Of a DNA stretch of 64,000 bases, positions 50,353-60,939 are shown piece by piece. Position 1 is the stretch's first letter. Each line of letters starts with the position of its first letter. The notes under the pieces are model-generated. The model was not told the origin of the DNA. It did not search any database and saw only the letters and a program-made list of their open reading frames with translations. The DNA comes from Macrostomum hystrix (lineage: Eukaryota > Animalia > Platyhelminthes). The translations under genes and the position numbers were made by a program. Where the stretch lies: positions 4,092,001-4,156,000 of the forward strand of contig CATNEN010000033.1 in the NCBI GenBank assembly GCA_950097015.1, written 5' to 3'.

Positions 50353-51704
50353 CTATCGCCCAGTCGCCCTTTTTCCTTAAAAACTCGCTGCAGGCAGCTG
50401 GAAGGACAAAGGCGCAGCTGCACTATCAGAAAGAGAACAGTTTTATCTGCTGCATAGCTGTTGTAAAAGACCAATAGATATAAAGAAACAGACCAAAGCC
50501 AGCCACCTAGCTCCGCTGAAAAGTCGGGATGAAGAAGAAAAGTCGATGCCGCTATATATAGTAGATTCTGTAAATGCGCTGAGCGGAATAAAGAATGTCA
50601 GAGTGGAATTGAATGTTAAACTAGCTGTGTTATCATGGACCTACCACTGGGGCATTGGATAAAGAGCTTGCGATCGCACTTCAAACCAGAAATGCACACT
50701 AACTGCACCCCAGGCAGCCCATTCGCTCTCCAAGCACACACTTTTCCCCTTAAAGAATACAAGCCAGCCCCACTATGCAGCATTGGATGTAGGTGCAGGT
50801 GAATTCCGCGCTAACTCGCTAATGGACAGAAGTTGGCTGGAAACTCGATTCCAGCATTGGGATGAAAACCAGAATGAAATTCTGATACAACCGAGCTGGG
50901 AAAAAACCGAGGATATCATCTTTCAACTTTTATTTGCAGTTTTTCTTTTTTTCCTGCCTGTAACAAAATTCGCACCGCAGCCATTTTCTTGTTTCGAATA
51001 TTTTCTAGAAATAGGCAATGCGCGCCTAGCAACTGAGGATGGGTTTCGGGTGGACATTTAACGGTACGCGGGTACTGTGTAAGTGGTGAGACAGTTTAAA
51101 AAAAGAACCTTGGCATTATTGAGCAGAATGAATCTCTAGGGCCTCATTTTCTGTCCCCCTATCGACTAGTTTTCTGTCCCGGACCTGTTAAAGCGAGCCT
51201 AGCAGTCTGTTCAAGATGAGTGAAGGCCTTTTCCAAACCACTTTTACACCTCCTTCTAAATCGTTTATCGCACTGCATGCAGCTGCTGAGACGGCTCAAC
51301 ACGTCCGCCCACCTCCGCCACCAGGTGGGAATCATTGAATTTTTTCTCCCCTTAGTCGAGGGAAAAATAGCGACCCGGAACAGAATCCCATAAGTTGGAG
51401 CGATGCGGCGTAACTCGCTCCCTTGGGATCTTAGGGATCTTAGGGATCTTAGGGAGAGTATAAATTGGTGACGCAATCACAGGCCCTCTAAATGGAATGC
51501 GTTTCTTTGAGCAGCCGTGAGACCAGATGAGCAGTGCCGACAGAGAGAGATAAGAAAGAAAGGGATGCTTCCAAATGGGAAACAGGTTGGCGAAAATTGC
51601 CCAAAAGTTTTGCTCGGCGTGAAGTCGAGGCATAACTGGAACAGGACTGCCACTTTTAGGAAATTATACATGATAGCTAGTTCATTCAGCATCCATCTAC
51701 CACA

Positions 51705-52285
51705 CCTTCTCTCCCTCTTCTTCCAACGCCTTCTCTCCCTCTTCTTCCATCGCCTTCTCTCCCTCTTCTTCCATCGCCTTCTCTCCCTCTTCTTCCATCG
51801 CCTTCTCTCCCTCTTCTTCCAACGCCTTCTCTCCCTCTTCTTCCAACGCCTTCTCTCCCTCTTCTTCCATCGCCTTCTCTCCCTCTTCTTCCATCGCCTT
51901 CTCTCCCTCTTCTTCCATCGCCTTCTCTTCCTCTTCTTCCATCGCCTTCTCTCCCTCTTCTTCCATCGCCTTCTCTCCCTCTTCTTCCATCGTCTTCTCT
52001 CCCTCTTCTTCCATCGTCTTCTCTCCCTCTTCTTCCATCGCCTTCTCTCCCTCTTCTTCCATCGCCTTCTCTCCCTCTTCTTCCATCGCCTTCTCTCCCT
52101 CTTCTTCCATCGTCTTCTCTCCCTCTTCTTCCATCGTCTTCTCTCCCTCTTCTTCCATCGTCTTCTCTCCCTCTTCTTCCATCGCCTTCTCTCCCTCTTC
52201 TTCCATCGCCTTCTCTCCCGCTTCTTCCATCGTCTTCTCTCCCGCTTCTTCCATCGTCTTCTCTCCCGCTTCTTCCATCGTCTTC
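51705..52285. repeat. 24-bp minisatellite (CGCCTTCTCTCCCTCTTCTTCCAT)n, ~24 copies
   Basis: Direct reading; source of the HRLLSLFF / MEEEGEKA pseudo-ORFs. Confidence 0.96.
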
Positions 52286-52794
52286 TCTCCCTCGTCTACC
52301 CTCCCTTTCTCTCTCTCGCCTTCTCTCCCTGTTCTACCCTTCCACCCTCGCGGCTTCGACAGAAATTTTGAAGACAATCAGGCATGAAACGCGGCATGCC
52401 AACTAATAAGCTGAACAGTTTTTCTTTGGGCGAACTTTGGTACAAAAGCAAAGCCAGCCTTCACGGTTGCCGTTGTCGCGTCTGTGAGGTGGGATTAATG
52501 CTCTGAGGATTAACTAACTCCCGTGTGTTAGTGAGGCCTTGCTGCAACAAGGACAGTCAGCAGTCTGATAAGCTGGTTGTAGCCGTTTGGGACACGCAGA
52601 CTTAGCAGAAAACTGTTTGATCTTGGAATTTTGGCAGGAAATGCGATACCTTAGAGCTGTGCCAGAGGATACTGGCATGCTGCGTTTTAGCTCTGGCTTG
52701 GCCAACCCGGCACTAGGCAACTAACAATTGGTTACTCTCCCTATCTCACTCTTCTAATGCGACACAGTTTTGTTACACTTGACTGTCGCTTATT

Positions 52795-53818
52795 TCAGTC
52801 ACTATCTGGTTCTGTCACTCTCTTGTTCAATCACTCTCTGGTTCTGACACTCTCTGGTTCTGTCACTCCCTTGTTATGTCACTCTCTGGTTCTGTCACTC
52901 TCTGGTTCTGTCACTCTCTGGTTCTGTCACTCTCTGGTGGTTGTCACTCTCTGGTTCTGTCACTCTCTGGTTCTGTCACTCTCTGGTTCTGTCACTCTCT
53001 GGTTCTGTCACTCTCTGGTTCTGTCACTCTCTGGTTCTGTCACTCTCGTTCAGTCACTCTCGTTCTGTCACTCTCGTTCAGTCACTCTCGTTCTGTCACT
53101 CTCGTTCTGTCACTCTCGTTCTGTCACTCTCGTTCTGTCACTCTCTGGTTCTGTCCCTCTCGTTCTGTCACTCTCGTTCTGTCACTCTCTGGTTCTGTCC
53201 CTCTCGTTCTGTCACTCTCGTTCTGTCACTCTCGTTCTGTCACTCTCGTTCTGTCACTCTCTGGTTCTGTCACTCTCGTTCTGTCACTCTCTGGTTCTGT
53301 CACTCTCTGGTTCTGTCACTCTCTGGTTCTGTCACTCTCTGGTTCTGTCACTCTCTGGTTCTGTCACTCTCTGGTTCTGTCACTCTCGTTCTGTCACTCT
53401 CGTTCAGTCACTCTCGTTCTGTCACTCTCGTTCTGTCACTCTCGTTCTGTCACTCTCGTTCTGTCACTCTCTGGTTCTGTCCCTCTCGTTCTGTCACTCT
53501 CGTTCTGTCACTCTCTGGTTCTGTCCCTCTCGTTCTGTCACTCTCGTTCTGTCACTCTCGTTCTGTCACTCTCGTTCTGTCACTCTCTGGTTCTGTCACT
53601 CTCGTTCTGTCACTCTCGTTCTGTCACTCTCGTTCTGTCACTCTCGTTCTGTCACTCTCTGGTTCTGTCACTCTCGTTCTGTCACTCTCGTTCTGTCACT
53701 CTCGTTCTGTCACTCTCTGGTTCTGTCACTCTCGTTCTGTCACTCTCGTTCTGTCACTATCGTTCGGTCACTCTCGTTCTGTCACTCTCGTTCTGTCACT
53801 ATCGTTCGGTCACTCTCC
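52795..53818. repeat. Mixed 16/14-bp minisatellite (TCTGTCACTCTCTGGT / TCTGTCACTCTCGT)n
   Basis: Direct reading. Confidence 0.96.
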
Positions 53819-54526
53819 CATTGTCGGAAGTGTCGCCCTCTAATTTATTTAATCACATGCCCTCTTCCGCAGACAAGAAACTTGCAGGAATTCGGCATTG
53901 TCACACAGTGAATGATCAATAACTCATAATCCTCCTCATCATGCTATGCTGTAAGTCTCTTTGCTACCTTCAATCGACAGGTGTGATTGCGCAACGGTCT
54001 CAGTTTTTTGCTTGGACCAATTAATTTCTGAAACAATTGAATGCAGCAAAGCATGTCTGAAGCCATACAACAATCAATGAATGAATAGGACGACACTAGC
54101 AGAGCCTTTATTTAATGAGGAACTCCTAAGATTAAAATATCCTAGGGCTTCATCACAATAGCTGCAATTAACTGCCCCCCAGTCTGACCCCTAGAAGACA
54201 CTGTGACTGCAATGTCACTGAGCGCGCACATTCTCATTCAGCTTATGTGCCTTCAAAAGCTCAGCTAGGTGCAGTGCAGCTAGCTGTGTCCGTGTGAATT
54301 CTTTTTCTAGGAAAGCCAACTTCAAAAGCGAAGCCGACAGAATTCAAGAGGGGGGGCAAGAAAATTTCGACACCTGGAAGTCACTCTCTCCTAACACAGA
54401 GATCTCGGCTTCATTCCAACTTTCGTTCTGAAAATATCGCACAACAGTTTTGAGTTATTTAATGCCGCGATCTGAGAACTCGTGGGTTGAAGCGAGAATC
54501 AAAACACACGAACCGGCTTGACAGCA

Positions 54527-55495
54527 AAGAGATGAGACAAGTGGAGAGATAAGACACGGAGAGATGAGACAGGGAGAGATGAGACACGGATAGATGAGAC
54601 AGGGGAGAGATGAGACAGGGGAGAGATGAGACATGGATAGATGAGACAGGGGAGAGATGAGACAGGGGAGAGATGAGACATGGATAGATGAGACAGGGGA
54701 GAGATGAGACACGGATAGATGAGACAGGGGAGAGATGAGACAGGGGAGAGATGAGACACGGATAGATGAGACAGGGGAGAGATGAGACACGGATAGATGA
54801 GACAGGGGAGAGATGAGACAGGGGAGAGATGAGACAGGGGAGAGATGAGACATGGAGAGATGAGACAGGGGAGAGATGAGACAGGGAAGAGATGAGACAG
54901 GGGAGAGATGAGACAGGGGAGAGATGACACAGGGGAGAGATGAGACAGGGGAGAGATGACACAGGGGAGAGATGAGACAGGGGAGAGATGAGACAGGGAA
55001 GAGATGAGACAGGGGAGAGATGAGACAGGGGAGAGATGACACAGGGGAGAGATGAGACACGAGAGATGAGACAGGGAGAGATGGGACATGGAGAGATGAG
55101 ACAGGGGAGAGATGAGACAGGGAGAGATGAGACAGGGAAGAGATGAGACAGGGGAGAGATGAGACAGGGGAGAGATGACACAGGGGAGAGATGAGACACG
55201 AGAGATGAGACAGTGGAGAGATAAGACACGGAGAGATGAGACAGGGAGAGATGGGACATGGAGAGATGAGACAGGGGAGAGATGAGACAGGGAGAGATGA
55301 GACAGGGAAGAGATGAGACATGGAGAGATGAGACAGGGGAGAGATGACACAGGGGAGAGATGAGACATGAGAGATGAGACAGTGGAGAGATAAGACAGGG
55401 AAGAGATGAGACAGGGAGAGATGAGACAGGGAGAGATAAGACAGGGTAGAGATGAGACAGGGGAGAGATGAGACAGGGAGAAATAAGACAGGGGT
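54527..55495. repeat. 16-bp minisatellite (GAGACAGGGGAGAGAT)n, first of a pair
   Basis: Direct reading. Confidence 0.96.
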
Positions 55496-55861
55496 AAGAG
55501 TCAAACGGGGAGTTCAGTATTTCGGTATTTCCGCATTTCCAGGAAATGAATTCGTTGGCTGGAAGCAAGCGGAATGATGCAATATGAAATGTCGATACCA
55601 GATGCCGCAAAAGATAACGGAGCCAGACACAAACAAGTGTCAGATCCCACAGGAAGATAATAATTCTATAAATTGTGCAACGGACCCAGACTAAATTAAA
55701 GCTGACACATCGTACCAATTTACGATTTGTAAGCGGTGCAAAGATAAACAACACATCCTTTTAGAAAATGCCATATAGTCTGTAGTGGGCAGATCGCTCA
55801 TTGCAACTGTCTGAATTGGGATAGTCTCGACCATTTTTGTCTAAGATTTCCCGGAATCCCA

Positions 55862-56866
55862 GATGAGACAGCGAGACATGAGGCAGTGGATAGATAAGAC
55901 GGAGAGATGAGACAGGGAAGAGAAGAGACAGGGAAGAGATGAGACATGGAGAGACGACACAGGGGAGAGATGACACAGGGAAGAGATGACACAGGGAAGA
56001 GATGACACAGGGAAGAGATGAGACAGGGGAGAGATGAGACAGGGGAGAGATGACACAGGGAAGAGATGAGACAGGGGAGAGATGAGACAGGGGAGAGATG
56101 AGACAGGGGAGAGATGAGACACGGATAGATGAGACAGGGGAGAGATGAGACACGGATAGATGAGACAGGGGAGAGATGAGACAGGGGAGAGATGAGACAG
56201 GGGAGAGATGAGACATGGGGAGATGAGACAGGGGAGAGATGAGACAGGGAAGAGATAAGACAGGGGAGAGATGAGACAGGGAGAGATGAGACAGGGAAGA
56301 GATGAGACACGAGAGATGAGACAGTGGAGAGATAAGACACGGAGAGATGAGACAGGGAGAGATGGGACACGGATAGATGAGACAGGGGAGAGATGAGACA
56401 CGGATAGATGAGACAGGGGAGAGATGAGACAGGGGAGAGATGAGACATGGAGAGATGAGACAGGGGAGAGATGAGACAGGGAAGAGATAAGACAGGGGAG
56501 AGATGAGACAGGGAGAGATGAGACAGGGAAGAGATGAGACACGAGAGATGAGACAGTGGAGAGATAAGACACGGAGAGATGAGACAGGGAGAGATGGGAC
56601 ATGGAGAGATGAGACAGGGGAGAGATGAGACAGGGAGAGATGAGACAGGGAAGAGATGAGACATGGAGAGATGAGACAGGGGAGAGATGAGACAGTGGAG
56701 AGATGAGACAGGGGAGAGATGAGATAGGGGAGAGTTGAGACAGGGGAGAGAAGAGACAGGGGAGAGATGAGATAGGGGAGAGATGAGACAGGGGAGAGAA
56801 GAGACAGGGGAGAGATGAGATAGGGGAGAGATGAGATAGGGGAGAGTTGAGACAGGGGAGAGATGA
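55862..56866. repeat. 16-bp minisatellite (GAGACAGGGGAGAGAT)n, second of the pair
   Basis: Direct reading. Confidence 0.96.
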
Positions 56867-57334
56867 GGCGTATCGACATTTTTCGTCGAAGATTTCCTGG
56901 AATCCCAGAGTCGTTTCGATAGGAGATGCTCAATTAATTTTGTCACCTCCCTCCGACCCCCCGGGTTTCCAAATCCCAGCTATGGGATTCTCCCATTTCT
57001 TCGAATGCCTCCGAACCTGACCCCTCGAAAAAGGGGAGATGGGAAGTGGTGTTGCGTAACTCGCACACAAACAGACAGGGGGTGCCCCAGCCAGCCAGTG
57101 CTGCTTGTGTTTGCCCGGAGGCTAGTTTGTGAGGGCCTTCGGCGTCCCGCATTCTAGAAGATGCCCTCACGAACTCATGCAGGGAGGGTGGTGGATGGCT
57201 GGGGGTGACAAATATTTTCGACCTGGGGGTGCGAGGTGGAGAAACGCTCGAGTAGCACGCAACGAGAATCGGCAGCTTCAGTGTGAAATTAATTATTCAG
57301 TACCAATCAGCTAGTCTAAGTCCAAGACTATAAT

Positions 57335-57490
57335 TCTGTCACTCTCTGGTTCTGTCACTCCGTCTCTGTCACTCCGTCTCTGTCACTCCGTCTCTGTCAC
57401 TCCACCTGTCACCCCGTCTCTGTCACTCCGTCTCTGTCACTCCGCCTGTCACCCCGTCTCTGTCACTCCGTTTCTGTCACTCCGTCTCTC
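57335..57490. repeat. 14-bp minisatellite (TCTGTCACTCCGTC)n, ~10 copies
   Basis: Direct reading. Confidence 0.93.
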
Positions 57491-58229
57491 TCCTACTCTT
57501 CATTCTTATCGCCTCAGTTTGGCAATTTAGTTTCCAGTCGACTAAACTCTGGCACGGCCATGCTCCCAGCCCAAGCCCTGTCAGCCTGCACTTTGCTGAA
57601 TCGCTTCATCACCGGGCGGAGTCCCCGAATTTGGTAGATTCTCAATAATTCTCAATAAACTCACTCCGTCCCGCCAGTCCCCCTTAAGAACTGTTCTCAA
57701 GCCAAAGTGACTGGGATGGGCCAGTTGAAATCCCTGTCCTTGTGGGATTAAAGATCTCCCTTGCACGCCCGCCAGGTTGCCTTCAATTGTTACGTAACCG
57801 GCTTCCACAGAAGCAAAGAGAGAAGCTAGCGCTAGAGGCTAATCGGTTTTGATCCCGAGCGCCAGCAACCGCGGCATTGTCAGTTGCGGCACGTTCGCCT
57901 TAGCCTCGCCGCGGCGTAGTCCTCTGGGAGAACTTCTTTTGAAAGCAACAGGGGAAAAGGGGAAAAGGGGAAAAGGCAGAGCTGCTCCCAATCCATCAGG
58001 CTGTTGCCAGGCGCCAGTGCTGGAGGTCCGCCTTCATCGCGGATAAGCCCCGGGAGCCCCTCCAGCTTCTCCGCTTTTAGTAATCTGAGCAAAGAATCAA
58101 ATGGGAGCAGACAGTTGCTGCTGCTTTCATTGCTGGGTGCCTGCCCCACTTGTCTGTGAACAAATCTTCATCATCTCAGACAACATCTGGCTTTGATGTC
58201 TGTGTGATCTGTGCTTCCTTCGGTCACTG

Positions 58230-59826
58230 AGTCATTTGTTCATTGTGTCATTTGGTGATTGTGTCATTTGGTCATTATGTCATTTGGTCATTGTGTCATT
58301 TTGTCATTGTGTCATTTGGTCATTGTGTCATTTGGTCATTGTGTCATTCGGTCATTGTGTCATTTGGTCATTGTATCATTTGGTCATTGTGTCATTTTGT
58401 GATTGTGTCATTTGGTCATTGTGTCATTTGGTCATTGTGTCATTTGGTCATTGTGTCATTTAGTCATTGTGTCATTTGGTCATTGTACATGTGTCATTTG
58501 TTCATTGTGTCATTTTGTCATTGTGTCATTTGGTCATTGTGTCATTTGGTCATTGTGTCATTTGGTCATTGTGTCATTTGGTCATTGTGTCATTTGGTCA
58601 TTGTGCCATTTGGTCATTGTGTCATTTGGTCATTGTGTCATTTTGTCATTGTGTCATTTGGTCATTGTGTCATTTAGTCATTGTGTCATTTGGTCATTGT
58701 ACATGTGTCATTTGTTCATTGTGTCATTTTGTCATTGTGTCATTTGGTCATTGTGTCATTTGGTCATTGTGTCATTTGGTCATTGTGTCATTTGGTCATT
58801 GTGTTATTTGGTCATTGTGCCATTTGGTCATTGTGTCATTTGGTCATTGTGTCATTTGGTCATTGTGTCATTTGGTCATTGTGTCATTTAGTCATTGTGT
58901 CATTTGGTCATTGTGTCATTTTGTCATTGTGTCATTTGGTCATTGTGTCATTTGGTCATTGTGCATGTGTCATTTGTTCATTGTGTCATTTTGTCATTGT
59001 GTCATTTGGTCATTGTGTCATTTGGTCATTGTGTCATTTGGTCATTGTGTCATTTAGTCATTGTGTCATTTGGTCATTGTGTCATTTTGTCATTGTGTCA
59101 TTTGGTCATTGTGTCATTTGGTCATTGTACATGTGTCATTTGTTCATTGTGTCATTTTGTCATTGTGTCATTTTGTCATTGTGTCATTTGGTCATTGTGT
59201 CATTTGGTCATTGTGTCATTTGGTCATTGTGTTATTTGGTCATTGTGCCATTTGGTCATTGTGTCATTTGGTCATTGTGTCATTTGGTCATTGTGTCATT
59301 TAGTCATTGTGTCATTTGGTCATTGTGTCATTCGGTCATTGCGTCATTCGGTCATTGTGTCATTCGGTCATTGTGTCATTCGGTCATTGTGTCATTCGGT
59401 CATTGTGTCATTCGGTCATTGTGTCATTCGGTCATTGTGTCATTCGGTCATTGTGTCATTTGGTCATTGTGTCCTTTGGTCATTGTATCATTTGGTCATT
59501 GTGTCATTTGGTCATTGTGTCATTTGGTCATTGTGTCATTCGGTCATTGTGTCATTCGGTCATTGTGTCCTTTGGTCATTGTGTCATTTGGTCATTGTGT
59601 CATTCGGTCATTGTGTCATTTGGTCATTGTGTCATTCGGTCATTGTGTCATTTGGTCATTGTGTCATTTGGTCATTGTGTCATTTTGTGATTGTGTCATT
59701 TGGTCATTGTGTCATTTGGTCATTGTGTCATTCGGTCATTGTGTCATTTGGTCATTGTGTCCTTTGGTCATTGTGTCATTTGGTCATTGTGTCATTCGGT
59801 CATTGTGTCATTCGGTCATTGTGTCA
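58230..59826. repeat. 16-bp minisatellite (GTCATTGTGTCATTTG)n, ~100 copies
   Basis: Direct reading; TTTG units give way to TTCG units rightward. Confidence 0.97.
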
Positions 59827-60231
59827 CTCAGTTCTGAAGATCAGGACTGAATTAAAACATTGAAAATGCTTCTAGGCAGCCGCGAACTAAAACATTCTGC
59901 CTGACCAGTTCATGTGTCAGAGCGGATTATCAGCGAGCAAAGCATTTTTTCCGTCATCTGCTCAGTCTAAAGTAAATGACTTGTGTGGAAGACTTAGAAG
60001 TCCATTAACGCTCCGTTGGGCTGAAACAAATGAATCGATCGTCACTTTGAGCGCCTGTCCGGGTTTTGAAATTGTCCTTTTCAAAAAGTCGAGGATCCTG
60101 CTTAAGAAAAAGGACACGATTTTGAGCTGAACTAGCTTTTGGAATTATTTCTGATTGAGCTCAATGCTCAAATCACAGTCGACTGGTCAGGAAAAGGCAG
60201 TTGAGAACATTTTATCACTTTATCGATTTAC

Positions 60232-60325
60232 TGATCCCATTATCAATCTACTGATTCCATTATCAATCTACTGATTCCATTATCAATCTACAGATACCAT
60301 TATCAATCTACTGATCCAATTATCG
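60232..60325. repeat. 20-bp short tandem repeat (TTATCAATCTACTGATTCCA)~5
   Basis: Direct reading. Confidence 0.88.
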
Positions 60326-60939
60326 ATTTATCGATCACTATCGATCAGCAACCGGTATTTGCCATCATTTTACTCATTTAGTTATTGAAAAGCATTGCGT
60401 TCTCCAAGCTATTTTAACTGTATTATTCCATAGCTAATATTAGCTAGCCCTTATCTGGGATTTTTAAGTTACTTTACGATTCAAAAACAGCAATAAAACT
60501 GGAGTTTTGGCATTCTCGTGACTCTCCTAAGTGCCAATCCTATTCACAAGCTCACACCATCGCATCATACATTTTACAGTTGCAATCACACGCCATTTTA
60601 ATCCTCAGCCATGGCCGGGTCGTCCCTCATTTTTTCGGCCATTCTGGTTTGGCGGATGTGACAGGCTAATTAAATATTCATCAACTCCGGGATACTCAGG
60701 TGAGCTGCTCTGACTTGCTGGGGTGTTGTGGGCAGGCAAGTGACACCATATTGTCCGCAGAATCCCCATTACATTCCACCTGCTCGGGAGCGGATGGTCC
60801 CAATCAATGGATGTTTATGAATATTTGAAACTGGACGGAGGTTTGAGCAGTTCTGAGCAGTGGAAGGCTTTGAGAAAAGCTGGTGACAAACAATTTGGTT
60901 ACAGAATGGACACAACAATCGATTGAGAAACGGGCAGTT

